Below, piece by piece: positions 1-8,712 of a DNA stretch of 64,000 nt. This DNA is from a virus (taxonomy: Duplodnaviria > Caudoviricetes). Numbering within the stretch: the first letter of the stretch is position 1; each line of letters starts with the position of its first letter. The stretch lies in IMG/VR virus record IMGVR_UViG_3300031992_000019. One strand, written 5' to 3'. Made by a program: the position numbers and the translations under genes. The notes under the pieces are model-generated. The model searched no databases. It had not been told where the DNA came from and saw only the letters and a list, made by a program, of their open reading frames with translations.

Positions 1-1220
1 ATTCCGAGGTACACCTTCTTGCAGTAGTCGGGGAACTCCTTCACTACGCCCCACTTCTTGAAGATAGCACCCTCTGCGACATCTGCCCATCGTCCCATAA
101 AGATGTGTGCATACCTCTCTGGGTCGCGCTCCTTCATCGCCTTCGCCTCCTCTATGAACTGCGGCGCGAGGTGTTCGAGGTTGTCCAAGTAGGAGGTGTG
201 GATGTGAAGCACATTAGGGTGGGTGGATATCTGCACGTCAAAGCCGTCATACTTGACCAACTTGTGCGTGTCCTTGATATATCTCTGGTAGATGAAGTGG
301 TTGGAGTCCGTGGGGTTCATGATGATTATCACGAGATTCTTTAGACCCGACTGACGGATGGAATACACTATCGTCTCGAAGTCCTTCTCGTTGACGAACT
401 CCTCTGCCTCATCACACACGAACACACTCAATCCCTTGATGGATTTCAGTTTCGCGGTCTGGTTGCCCGAAGATGTCTTGATGCCTCGGAACATTATCTT
501 TGAACCCGTCTTGACATTGATGATGTCCGACTTCGACCTCGCGAAATACTTCTGCGTGCCGTCAGCCTCTATCTTGTCATAGACCTCGGGGATGATACTT
601 ATGTTCGCGGAGACCATCGTATATCTTGAGTAGAGTATCTGGTGCGCTATCTTGTGCCCCGTGGTGTCCCTGCCCAACTCGAAGGTCAATCTCTCGATGA
701 AGGTGGACAAAGCAAACGACTTGCCCGAATTGTGCGTTATCGTCCCATCGGAGTGTACGTACCTCTGGTTTCCGTCAAGGCTGATGCCGCACCACTCTTC
801 CTTGTCTATCGGGGTGATGGTCATCTCGGTCTTGATAAGGGAAAAGTCCCCATTGAGAGGGTCGGAGAGTCTTGCACCGAAACACTTGTTTGGCGCGTAG
901 CCTACCCGAACGTCCTTTAATCCACCATTGTCATATAGCGTGAGGATGTGGTTGTCATTCACATAGTACGTTTCCCCGTTGCTCTGGGTGACTTCGTACA
1001 TCTGCCCATACCCCTTATGAGTCTGGAGTACCTTTCGCGGTGTGCCGTCATCGCCTAAAACCATATCTCCAACCCTAACGTCCTTGAGCTGCTTGACGGA
1101 AAGGTCAGCCATAATGATTTCTTGCGTTGGTCTTTCACACCCACGGCCTCCCGTGACAAGAATGATGAACTTGTCCTTGTTCAGATATAGTGGCGTGTAT
1201 ATGTCGTGGTTGAGTATCAT
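1..1220 (-). CDS. terL: Terminase large subunit (PBSX-type), 3' end outside window, contains a mini-intein
   Basis: Hand translation from ATG 1220: MILNHDIYTPLYLNKDKFIILVTGGRG-[intein]-SGKSF (Walker A), then LKSIKG, VCDEAEE (Walker B), MNP, TSYLDN, FMGRW. Open to the window edge, so absent from the ORF track. Confidence 0.93.
   Translation of the reverse strand, partial: MILNHDIYTPLYLNKDKFIILVTGGRGCERPTQEIIMADLSVKQLKDVRVGDMVLGDDGTPRKVLQTHKGYGQMYEVTQSNGETYYVNDNHILTLYDNGGLKDVRVGYAPNKCFGARLSDPLNGDFSLIKTEMTITPIDKEEWCGISLDGNQRYVHSDGTITHNSGKSFALSTFIERLTFELGRDTTGHKIAHQILYSRYTMVSANISIIPEVYDKIEADGTQKYFARSKSDIINVKTGSKIMFRGIKTSSGNQTAKLKSIKGLSVFVCDEAEEFVNEKDFETIVYSIRQSGLKNLVIIIMNPTDSNHFIYQRYIKDTHKLVKYDGFDVQISTHPNVLHIHTSYLDNLEHLAPQFIEEAKAMKERDPERYAHIFMGRWADVAEGAIFKKWGVVKEFPDYCKKVYLG
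729..1139 (-). mobile_element. Mini-intein (137 aa, Hint domain only) inside the terminase Walker A motif
   Basis: Starts Cys (CERPTQEIIMAD..), has VGDMVLGDDGTPRKV and VNDNHIL blocks, ends THN followed by Ser; removal restores GGRG/SGKS. Confidence 0.93.
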
Positions 1221-1957
1221 ACGGACGAGTCTCCTTCGTCATGGGTTTCCTCCGATTCGGCGGCTTCATTCCTCTTCTCCTTGGCTTTGGTTTCCTGGTC
1301 TATCCACTTCGAGATGTCGATGCCCTCCTCTGCCTCGGTGACTACATTCGGGTCTTCGTTGTCCTCTGGGACTACTCCCTCCCTCTTGCGCCATTCGGGG
1401 TCGTGGTGGTGCAGCCATACGCTCATCGCCTGTAGTGATGGTGCGTACTCTATCTCCGAGGTAGAGGTCTGGATGTCCTCGTCATCGGTCAATACCCCGT
1501 TGATTCTCATCCTCCTTGACACCGTTGTGACGTTCTTCGTCTTGTGCAATCCAAGTGCCATCTTGAGGTATTTGTTTCTCACCGCGGCATTGATTTTGCG
1601 CCTCGCACGTTCCAAGACTCGTTGCATTCGCTGGGAGCGGTAGGCATTCTCCTCGTCCGTCCACGACTGGTATCGTCCCGCCTTCATCGCGTTAAAGGTG
1701 TCGGGGGAAATATACACATGGAGGTCGGAGTCGAGGAGTCCGTCGGCTATCTCCGCGTCAGTCATACCTTGGTAGGCGAGTGTCCAGATTATCTCGTAGA
1801 ACTCGTCATCGTCGTAGTCTATCTTGGGTTTCAGACCGCCCTTCTTGACCACATCCTCCTGCCGTTCTTGGTATGACCTTGGTGGCTTGGGGTTTGACTT
1901 GGGAGGCTTGTAGTTCCTTTTCTTTGCAGCCTCTTTCTTCTTGTCATCTTTCTTCAT
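1217..1957 (-). CDS. terS: Terminase small subunit (probable)
   Basis: HTH-like AYQGMTDAEIA, C-terminal APSLQAMSVWLHHHDPEWR; ATGA overlap with terL. Confidence 0.8.
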   Translation of the reverse strand: MKKDDKKKEAAKKRNYKPPKSNPKPPRSYQERQEDVVKKGGLKPKIDYDDDEFYEIIWTLAYQGMTDAEIADGLLDSDLHVYISPDTFNAMKAGRYQSWTDEENAYRSQRMQRVLERARRKINAAVRNKYLKMALGLHKTKNVTTVSRRMRINGVLTDDEDIQTSTSEIEYAPSLQAMSVWLHHHDPEWRKREGVVPEDNEDPNVVTEAEEGIDISKWIDQETKAKEKRNEAAESEETHDEGDSSV

Positions 1958-2069
1958 AGTGGGGTTATTGTATATTTTTCGTGTGATGTGATTTTTGCGT
2001 TTTGTCGGTAAATCTTGTTATGAGGATAGGTTTTTTATTTGTGGGTTATTGTACTTTTTAACACTTATT

Positions 2070-2387
2070 TTAGCCGTTAGAGGCTGCTTTTGCCTTGTCG
2101 GTGTTGTAATTCTCATACTGGCGATTCCAAGCACCCTTGTTGAGTTTTGAGAGATAGTTCCCGTAATCTCCTTGGACACCTCCAGTCTTTTCCACATCGT
2201 TCTTGAATGCCTTCGTGCCTATTATATTCTCGATATACTGGTCACGAATCCTCTGCGCCTTTTCAAACCTACCAATCCCCCGATTGTCATTTTCGTTGGC
2301 TATAAGCGAATTGGCGGCATTCATCCATATCCTCCCAAGCTGCGCATCTATGTCATTGATGGACTTTGTTCTTTTCCTTGTTGCCAT
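2070..2387 (-). CDS. MATR-family basic protein
   Basis: MATRKRTKSINDI..Q..RI; RDQYIENI; ends AASNG. Confidence 0.88.
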   Translation of the reverse strand: MATRKRTKSINDIDAQLGRIWMNAANSLIANENDNRGIGRFEKAQRIRDQYIENIIGTKAFKNDVEKTGGVQGDYGNYLSKLNKGAWNRQYENYNTDKAKAASNG

Positions 2388-2391
2388 AGCC

Positions 2392-2658
2392 TTATCCGTT
2401 AGAACCCGTCATATACGCCCTACGGGAGTATTTCGTTGCAGATGCAGTTCGCCAGTTCTGCGCGTTCTCGTTCTTGAAACGCGACTGCTTCTTGATGTTA
2501 GCGGAGTATTTCCTCTCCGCACCGATTGCCCTGTCGAGCATCTTGTTGTACCTCTCCTTCGAGATAGTGCCGTCCGAATATCGGTCGAGAACCAGCTTGT
2601 AGATTCTATCCGTCTGCTTGCGGATGTCATCCAGTGATTTCCTTCGTCTTGTTGCCAT
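2392..2658 (-). CDS. MATR-family basic protein
   Basis: MATRRRKSLDDIRKQ; KYSRRAYMTGSNG; promoter at 2675-2683. Confidence 0.88.
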   Translation of the reverse strand: MATRRRKSLDDIRKQTDRIYKLVLDRYSDGTISKERYNKMLDRAIGAERKYSANIKKQSRFKNENAQNWRTASATKYSRRAYMTGSNG

Positions 2659-2674
2659 AACTGTTTGTTTTTGC

Positions 2675-2745
2675 GCAAAGATAGTTAAAATTATCCTAAT
2701 TTTAGATTTGCTATTTGAAAACTATCGCACTTTGTGGTTTTGTGC
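2675..2745 (-). promoter_or_regulatory. Class A (late-type) promoter: GCAC-N11-GTGC box plus TATCTTTGC
   Basis: TATCTTTGC at 2683-2675, box at 2727-2745. Confidence 0.75.
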
Positions 2746-2748
2746 TAT

Positions 2749-2777
2749 AAAAGGCGGGAGTTCATCGCCCCCGCCCC
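2749..2777 (-). terminator. Intrinsic terminator
   Basis: Minus strand GGCGGGGG-CGATGAA-CTCCCGCC-TTTT. Confidence 0.65.
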
Positions 2778-2815
2778 CACAAACACACACTAATCACACT
2801 ATGAAGATTATATTT

Positions 2816-2845
2816 TTATCCTTTTCCTCCCTTGGCTTTCGCCAT
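2816..2845 (-). CDS. Micro-peptide MAKAKGGKG (9 aa)
   Basis: ATG GCG AAA GCC AAG GGA GGA AAA GGA TAA, just downstream of a MATR gene; ends in Gly. Confidence 0.4.
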   Translation of the reverse strand: MAKAKGGKG

Positions 2846-2856
2846 ATAGGTCTTTT

Positions 2857-3222
2857 TTATCCGTTTGACGCGGCTCTCGCCTTGTCAGTTGTATAATCTA
2901 CGTACTTTCGGTTAGACACCCTTTTGACAGCCTTATCCAGTCTTTCTTCTGCCGCGTCATATTTGTCCACTGGGCCTCTACCTCTATAATAGTTTCGCTC
3001 GCGTAATGCTCTGCTATGCTCTTCCATATCTTTTTGATGGATTGCGGTTTTCCTTATGTTGTTGAAATACCTTTGCGTAGCATTTTCGACCGCTTTGAGC
3101 CTCCTTGTTAATATTTGCTCATCTCCACCTTCTCGCCTCCTTTTATCTAAAAGTTCCGCGATTCTGGACTCTTGATTTCGCAAGTCTTCTAATGACTTTG
3201 CCCTTTTCTTTCTTGTTGCCAT
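2857..3222 (-). CDS. MATR-family basic protein
   Basis: MATRKKRAKSLEDL..Q..RI; RYFNNI; RKYVDY..ARAASNG. Confidence 0.88.
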   Translation of the reverse strand: MATRKKRAKSLEDLRNQESRIAELLDKRRREGGDEQILTRRLKAVENATQRYFNNIRKTAIHQKDMEEHSRALRERNYYRGRGPVDKYDAAEERLDKAVKRVSNRKYVDYTTDKARAASNG

Positions 3223-3247
3223 ATTGTTATCCTTTATTAAGTCCCAT

Positions 3248-3793
3248 TTAACCTACTATTAGAGATGATTTGCCTACAAGCGAGGAGATTCTTCTTTCAG
3301 TCACGTCACGCAGCATATTCTTTGTAGCGATAGTAACATTTGAAAGGGACTCCTTTAGGCTTGATATCCTCTTGTAGAACCCAGCAGTGTGCATTGTTTC
3401 TATCTTGAGGTATCTGGTGTCATAGTGATGCACAAACTCGTGTAGGAGTGTGTCGGCAAAACTCTTTATGGACACCTTCTTCCCAGTCTTGGCAGTGGTG
3501 TTATAGATGACAATGGAATCCTTTACCCCACCTCCGTGACGATAATACCCGTATGTCTGCCCACCTCCGCTACTTCTCCTCGGTCTTTCAGTCACATAGA
3601 CTTTTGGGGAATTTATCTTGTATTGCTTACACAAGTCATCGACCAGAGCTTGAGCAGCCTTTTGCCTACTGCCCTCGTCCTCCTTGGCTTCAAGCAGCTT
3701 TGAGAATAGCGATTTCTTGAATCGTTTCTTCTCAATGGTCTCTATGCTATTGCTCCTCTCATAGTCGGTCGATGTTGTCCTTCGCGTTGCCAT
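3248..3793 (-). CDS. MATR-tagged SprT-like zinc metalloprotease
   Basis: MATRR start; YGYY strand, DTLLHEFVHH (HExxH), downstream HTAGF; in-frame MGLNKG* follows the stop. Confidence 0.78.
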   Translation of the reverse strand: MATRRTTSTDYERSNSIETIEKKRFKKSLFSKLLEAKEDEGSRQKAAQALVDDLCKQYKINSPKVYVTERPRRSSGGGQTYGYYRHGGGVKDSIVIYNTTAKTGKKVSIKSFADTLLHEFVHHYDTRYLKIETMHTAGFYKRISSLKESLSNVTIATKNMLRDVTERRISSLVGKSSLIVG

Positions 3794-3794
3794 A

Positions 3795-4175
3795 TTAAGT
3801 TGTTCCTTGCGACTTGGATGCGGTGACGTACTTTGTCACATTGTCACGGAGTGCATTACTGCCCCTATCTACCGTGTCATACTTGGTATAGAGAAGACGC
3901 TTTGCGGTATTATTTCCGAGCCTACTCATATTGTAGAGCCTCTGCGCGGTATTCCCAGGCGAGAACTCTGGCTTGAGTCCTCCATCGGAGGCTTTGCTTA
4001 CATCAATCATAAGCCTACCTGCAGATGTCTTGTTCAGCCTCCTCTGCATCTCGTTGCCCAGTGCGCGGTTGATGCGGTTATAGTTGCGACTTCCGTACCT
4101 TGCCCCGTATGTTCTCTCCATACGATTAGACTGCTCTACCAAGTCGTTGATTGATTTCTTTCTTCGTGTTGCCAT
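3795..4175 (-). CDS. MATR-family basic protein
   Basis: MATRRKKSINDLVEQ; ends SQGTT. Confidence 0.87.
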   Translation of the reverse strand: MATRRKKSINDLVEQSNRMERTYGARYGSRNYNRINRALGNEMQRRLNKTSAGRLMIDVSKASDGGLKPEFSPGNTAQRLYNMSRLGNNTAKRLLYTKYDTVDRGSNALRDNVTKYVTASKSQGTT

Positions 4176-4177
4176 AA

Positions 4178-4477
4178 TTAACCTTTGTTTAACCCCCGAT
4201 AGGTGTTCGGGGAGTATTTCCTATTCAACTGCTTGCTGACGATTTCGTCCCTCTTGACACCCTCCGCGCCCGCGAACTTGTCATCAAGCCTACGGAAGGA
4301 CTTCGAGTTGGATATATTCCTCTGGTAGTTCCTCGCGGCGGTCAATGCCCTCCTATATCGCCTGTATATTGGAATGGCAATCTCATCGGGTTGGTTCGCT
4401 CCCCTACTCAATGCCATCGTCCTAATTCTTTCAAGCTGCGCCTCTATGTCGTTTACGGATTTCTTTCGTGTAGCCAT
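4178..4477 (-). CDS. MATR-family basic protein
   Basis: MATRKKSVNDIEAQLERI; RKYSPNTYRGLNKG. Confidence 0.88.
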   Translation of the reverse strand: MATRKKSVNDIEAQLERIRTMALSRGANQPDEIAIPIYRRYRRALTAARNYQRNISNSKSFRRLDDKFAGAEGVKRDEIVSKQLNRKYSPNTYRGLNKG

Positions 4478-4478
4478 A

Positions 4479-4775
4479 TTATCCTTTGTTTAGTCCAACC
4501 GCCTTGGTGGTGTCGGGATTGTTGTAGCCAGTATATTTCTGATTCAAGTTCCTCCACGCCCTCTTTCCGTATTCGGTCGGGGTGGCATCACCATTTCGAG
4601 CCTCCCTCACGCGGTTCAACAACCTTTTCCCAGTCTTGCTATTGTCTATGTTGTTCACATAGTTGGAATATATGCGGTTTATCCGCTCCGCTCTTTCGGG
4701 GGAGGGGCTGTAGTCATACAATAACCTACCGCGCTGAATGGATAGGTCGTTCTTGGATTTCGCTCGTGTCGGCAT
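4479..4775 (-). CDS. MATR-family basic protein (MPTR variant)
   Basis: Start reassigned to MPTRAKSKNDL (downstream of promoter 4797-4805); ends VGLNKG. Confidence 0.85.
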   Translation of the reverse strand: MPTRAKSKNDLSIQRGRLLYDYSPSPERAERINRIYSNYVNNIDNSKTGKRLLNRVREARNGDATPTEYGKRAWRNLNQKYTGYNNPDTTKAVGLNKG

Positions 4776-4796
4776 AACTTTTATTTTTTTTCTGCT

Positions 4797-4867
4797 GCAA
4801 AGATACACACTTATCATATTGTGCAATCAAATACCCATCCGATAGTTTGCACGATAAAAATTTGTGC
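4797..4867 (-). promoter_or_regulatory. Class A promoter
   Basis: TATCTTTGC 4805-4797, TTGATTG element, GCAC-N11-GTGC 4849-4867. Confidence 0.78.
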
Positions 4868-4872
4868 ATAAT

Positions 4873-4900
4873 GTAAACAATTTTCGGACTTGTGCGTTAT
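4873..4900 (+). promoter_or_regulatory. Class C promoter GTAAA-N17-CGTTAT
   Basis: One of five copies with an identical 17-nt spacer, each just upstream of an operon start. Confidence 0.72.
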
Positions 4901-4916
4901 AGAAGAAAAGAGAGTT

Positions 4917-5126
4917 ATGACAGTTTTAGAACAAGAACTTTTAACAATGGCAAAGAGTTTCTTTGCGCACTACAACAAAGAGGGACTGCGTGAGAGAGTA
5001 GCGACACAGGTCTTCTCCAATGTTTACGCGACTTATGACCACATCCCGAGTGAAGAACAGACAAAGAGGCTGGCATCCGAGGCGGTAAAGGCTGCGGACA
5101 TCCTCATTAAAGAGTTGGACAAATGA
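4917..5126 (+). CDS. Hypothetical phage protein
   Basis: ATG after A-rich leader; C-terminal AVKAADILIKEL; coupled to next ORF. Confidence 0.72.
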   Translation: MTVLEQELLTMAKSFFAHYNKEGLRERVATQVFSNVYATYDHIPSEEQTKRLASEAVKAADILIKELDK

Positions 5127-5518
5127 AAGAGATTATCGCTAACGACATCCTCAATTACATCGAGGATTCACTTAAAGGACTTTCCTTCAACGACTACACC
5201 GAGGTCGCCCTTATGGTGGGTGACAAGTTGGGCAACGCAATGATTAAGGACTTCAAGGCTTATGACAACATCCGCTCCAAGAGGATGGAACGGCTCGAAG
5301 CCGAAATCGCGAGACTCAAAGAAGAACTCGAAGAAGAGAAGGCAAAGAACGACCATCAGGAGAACTTCTACCTCTCCCAGATAGCCATCCACAACATCAA
5401 CACCGAGAACGCGCACCTCGTCAAAAGACAGAAGGACGCGATAACCAACATGAGAAGGTCTTACCGAGCCACCATCAAGGGACTCCAAGACCAGATTGAC
5501 AATTACAAGAATATATGA
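5123..5518 (+). CDS. Hypothetical coiled-coil protein
   Basis: ATGA coupling, heptad-rich. Confidence 0.72.
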   Translation: MKEIIANDILNYIEDSLKGLSFNDYTEVALMVGDKLGNAMIKDFKAYDNIRSKRMERLEAEIARLKEELEEEKAKNDHQENFYLSQIAIHNINTENAHLVKRQKDAITNMRRSYRATIKGLQDQIDNYKNI

Positions 5519-5600
5519 TTTTCTTCGCAATTACTGGCATCGTCTTCGGGTTATACATCTACTTGAAGGATGCGAGAAACTTTAATGAGTTTGATTGATT

Positions 5601-5804
5601 ATGAGAGTTTGGAAACCGAAAGTCGGGGAAACATTCTACCTCCCCCACTTCATCTATTCTGGATTCACCACGATTAAGGCTACCTACAAAGAGGGGTACA
5701 ACTTCATTACCGACAACAGACTTGCATTCCCCACCGAGGACGAATGCCAAAAGTTCTGCGAGTATCTTAACAAGAAATTCAAGGCAGCAATAAATGAGTA
5801 TTAA
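5601..5804 (+). CDS. Hypothetical phage protein
   Basis: WKPKVGETFY..FPTEDEC pattern; operon position. Confidence 0.65.
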   Translation: MRVWKPKVGETFYLPHFIYSGFTTIKATYKEGYNFITDNRLAFPTEDECQKFCEYLNKKFKAAINEY

Positions 5805-5961
5805 CGAGCATTGGACGCAAAAGCACGGCAGACACGTTCCCAAGAAACAATTCACCTCTCTTGAAGAATGTATCGAGTTTCTCCGCGAGAACAAGATTCG
5901 GGGATATCACCCCTATGTTTGCAGCGTCTGCGGTCAATGGCATATAGGTCACGACAAATGA
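5794..5961 (+). CDS. Small zinc-ribbon protein (55 aa)
   Basis: Hand translation ends YHPYVCSVCGQWHIGHDK. Confidence 0.65.
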   Translation: MSINEHWTQKHGRHVPKKQFTSLEECIEFLRENKIRGYHPYVCSVCGQWHIGHDK

Positions 5962-6209
5962 TAGAACTCCTTCTAATCGGTATGTTGAGGTTTTCCGCAG
6001 ACTCCCTCATAGTCAACTCTACCGAAAGGGTAGAGATAGGCTGCGAGAAAATCTCCCTTGTGTTCCGTCCGTCTGGGTATGTTTTGAAATCATATTTCCC
6101 GAAGAAACTCAAGGAAGGTCTCAAAGAGTCCGCATACATCAAGGTCGGGGACAAGAAATACGTCCTCAACGAGAAAGAGAAATGTGTCTTGCTTAACTGG
6201 TTAAAGTGA
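5958..6209 (+). CDS. Hypothetical protein
   Basis: MIELLLIG start in ATGA overlap. Confidence 0.6.
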   Translation: MIELLLIGMLRFSADSLIVNSTERVEIGCEKISLVFRPSGYVLKSYFPKKLKEGLKESAYIKVGDKKYVLNEKEKCVLLNWLK

Positions 6210-6400
6210 TGGAAGAGAAAGAAAACGGATGTGCAGACATCTTTATCATACCCCTATGTATCTTCGGTGGTGCGTGGGTTATCATGTGGTCTTGGAATGA
6301 CCTTGCCCCTTTTTTCCTTGGTGAGGTGAACACCATGTCATACAAGTTCGCACTCAAGTGCATGTTGTACTTGTTCGTGATGCGTGTATTGCTGAAATAG
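6206..6400 (+). CDS. Small membrane protein
   Basis: Two hydrophobic segments. Confidence 0.65.
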   Translation: MMEEKENGCADIFIIPLCIFGGAWVIMWSWNDLAPFFLGEVNTMSYKFALKCMLYLFVMRVLLK

Positions 6401-6471
6401 TTGCTTTCTACGGCACTTTCTCTTTTCTGACGATAAGGTTATCGTTTGGATTGAGAAAGTCCGTTAGAAAC

Positions 6472-6503
6472 AAAAAAAATCGGGATATCCGCGATACCCC
6501 GAT
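6472..6503 (-). terminator. Intrinsic terminator between convergent operons
   Basis: Minus strand ATCGGGGTATC-GCG-GATATCCCGAT followed by a T run. Confidence 0.7.
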
Positions 6504-6583
6504 TATGTTAAATTTTGTTAACACTTGCAACAAATACGTTTTTTCTGCGTCTTATATATAGAAACACCTAAAAACATACGATT

Positions 6584-6724
6584 ATGAAAGAAAAAAAATT
6601 CCCAGAGTGCATCTTATCTTCCGAAGAACTCGAGAAGATGGACAAAGAAGAAATGAAGAAGGGTCGCTACCGCGTAGGATTTGAGGACGGACTTCCCATC
6701 TATCTTGCTGTTGGTGGCGAATGA
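6584..6724 (+). CDS. Small hypothetical protein (46 aa) with its own ECF-like promoter
   Basis: MKEKKFPECIL..GLPIYLAVGGE; upstream GCAAC-N16-CGTCTT and A-rich leader. Confidence 0.55.
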   Translation: MKEKKFPECILSSEELEKMDKEEMKKGRYRVGFEDGLPIYLAVGGE

Positions 6725-7501
6725 CTATCGCTTTGTTGGATGGTTCTGGCGAGATGTATAGTTCCAACCGAATCTCTTGGCTACCCTCTTGTTAAGTTCG
6801 TTGGCCATATATACATCAGTTCTATCAGTGACTTGGGCATCCCAACCCCTTCCTTTACGAATTAACTTCAATCGACCCCTTTGGTGCTCGTGTAATGCTA
6901 TCTCCTTTCCAAGTTTTGCCGCCTCTATTTCATAGGCTCTTTTTACTTGTGCAGGAGTTGCTCCCCATCCGTTTTTCGGTCGTTTGAAGGAGAAAGTAAA
7001 GGTAGGAGTTGCGGCACGCATTTCTGCCGCATTCCAAGCCACCGCAGAAATCATATCGTCTTTGCTGAATGAGTGCCCAATTCCACCGAATCCTTTTTTG
7101 CCTATTGACAAAGGATGGTTGTGAGTCAAAACGATATTCTTCTTGGCTCCGAGCATCATAAGGGCAAGTTGTTCATACTGGTTAGGCTCAACCTTATTGC
7201 CCTTTCCTTGTTTGCTAAAAAGTTTGTTGCCATTCTCATCAAAGACGTGAAGCTGCTCATCGTGAAGATTGCGAGTGTTTTCCTCTACATCTGATAATGC
7301 CTTCTTGAGACCCTCGCTATGACCTACCTCGGTGTCATGCTTGGAAAGTTCCCTTTTAGCCTTCATCTGGACACTTACCGATGGCTTCTCGTACTTTTTC
7401 TTCTTGTCGGAGGCATAGGACAGACTACCGAAGCCTATCTGCGGTTTCGTATAGACCTTCTTCGGTTTCTCCTTGCGATACTTGTAGATTCCTTCTGCCA
7501 T
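6725..7501 (-). CDS. Basic protein with JAB/MPN-like metallo-isopeptidase domain
   Basis: DEQLHVFDENG (upstream Glu) and VLTHNHP...SFSKDD (HxH..SxxD); Lys-rich N-terminus; last gene of a MATR operon. Confidence 0.7.
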   Translation of the reverse strand: MAEGIYKYRKEKPKKVYTKPQIGFGSLSYASDKKKKYEKPSVSVQMKAKRELSKHDTEVGHSEGLKKALSDVEENTRNLHDEQLHVFDENGNKLFSKQGKGNKVEPNQYEQLALMMLGAKKNIVLTHNHPLSIGKKGFGGIGHSFSKDDMISAVAWNAAEMRAATPTFTFSFKRPKNGWGATPAQVKRAYEIEAAKLGKEIALHEHQRGRLKLIRKGRGWDAQVTDRTDVYMANELNKRVAKRFGWNYTSRQNHPTKR

Positions 7502-7502
7502 A

Positions 7503-7862
7503 TTATCCTTGGTTTCTACCCATATAGGTGTTACGTGAATACTTGCGGTTCATCCTCTGCCAATAGTATTTTCCCGCCTTTTTCATTATTTTCCTATGCT
7601 TCTCCAACTCTTTGCGCTCCCAAGGTGTAGGTTCGTGGAAGATAAGGTCAATCTTACTGGCTCGGTTAAGTTCGCGATTTTCCTTCTCCCTCGCATTGCT
7701 CGCACTTTTCGTTCTTCGGATATTACCCGAATACCTAAACGTGATGCCCTCGGCACGCCTTGCCCTCTCTCTGCTACTTTCAGTGCCAAGTTCCTCGGCA
7801 AGCCTTTCTATTCGTGCCTGCTGTTCTATCAAGTCTTCTATTGACTTTTTACGTGTAGCCAT
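7503..7862 (-). CDS. MATR-family basic protein
   Basis: MATRKKSIEDLIEQQARI; RKYSRNTYMGRNQG. Confidence 0.88.
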   Translation of the reverse strand: MATRKKSIEDLIEQQARIERLAEELGTESSRERARRAEGITFRYSGNIRRTKSASNAREKENRELNRASKIDLIFHEPTPWERKELEKHRKIMKKAGKYYWQRMNRKYSRNTYMGRNQG

Positions 7863-7866
7863 AGTT

Positions 7867-8304
7867 TTAACCCGCTGAAAGTCCTTTTGATTTCCTTTTT
7901 GCCCTATACTCTGCGCGACTTGACGATGGAAGGGAGTTTATCACCGACCTTGCTTTCTCTGCGGAGTCAATCCCCCATTTGTTTGCATCAATGTCAAGCC
8001 GCTTTCCGTTGCGGAAAATCTCATAGGCATATTTATCTACCCTTTTGACCTCATATCCGTTATGGGAGAAATTGTTGGTGTTATAATCCCTATCAATGGC
8101 AGCTTTCGTCTTGGTTATATCAAACTGGTCACCGATATTCAGGTCGAGGCCTTCTCCATAAGGTGTTTCCACACTATACTGCCTACCGCCATCGGCTGAT
8201 ATGTTGCGTATAGTGTACCCCTTGTAATTCTCACTATAAGATGATGGGGAGATATAAGCCACATCCCCATCGTCACCGCTTGTAAGTCTAATTCGTCTTG
8301 CCAT
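7867..8304 (-). CDS. MATR-related protein (C-terminal tag only)
   Basis: MARR start; ends SSRAEYRAKRKSKGLSAG, as in 8713..9579. Confidence 0.8.
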   Translation of the reverse strand: MARRIRLTSGDDGDVAYISPSSYSENYKGYTIRNISADGGRQYSVETPYGEGLDLNIGDQFDITKTKAAIDRDYNTNNFSHNGYEVKRVDKYAYEIFRNGKRLDIDANKWGIDSAEKARSVINSLPSSSRAEYRAKRKSKGLSAG

Positions 8305-8617
8305 AGTCTAATATGTTATAACCCTCTTCAACGGAAATACCCAAGTCCTCACACCCACACTCAAAACCATAGTTGGTGAATGAGTCGGCATTGAACAAAC
8401 CATTGTCGCCATTGTGGACTTTCGGAAATCCGTTCTGCGTAAGAAATATGAGAACCGATGCACAAGTTGCTTCGTCTATGCTGACAAAAGGATTGAAAAC
8501 GAATCCCTCGCCATTCTTGAACTCAAATGCTTTCTCGCCATAGATGTTGTAGATTGCTCTACCCTTGATGATGTACTCATCATTGAAACACTTGTTGTAA
8601 ATAGTCTTGATGTTCAT
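8288..8617 (-). CDS. Hypothetical acidic protein with class B promoter
   Basis: TATCTTTGC 8653-8645 with TTGGAT boxes; overlaps next gene. Confidence 0.7.
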   Translation of the reverse strand: MNIKTIYNKCFNDEYIIKGRAIYNIYGEKAFEFKNGEGFVFNPFVSIDEATCASVLIFLTQNGFPKVHNGDNGLFNADSFTNYGFECGCEDLGISVEEGYNILDYGKTN

Positions 8618-8712
8618 AATCCAATATATTTATCGTTTGACGCTGCAAAGATATTGGATATTCGTTGGATGTTCAACGAACTATTGTGCAAGTGCCCCGA
8701 ATTTAACATCTT

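Noticed and set aside
729-1139. Homing endonuclease within the intein
   Set aside because: 137 aa leaves room only for the splicing domain; no LAGLIDADG or HNH motif.
1962-2053. GGGTTATTGTA direct repeat upstream of terS as a pac site
   Set aside because: Only two 11-bp copies and no independent support.
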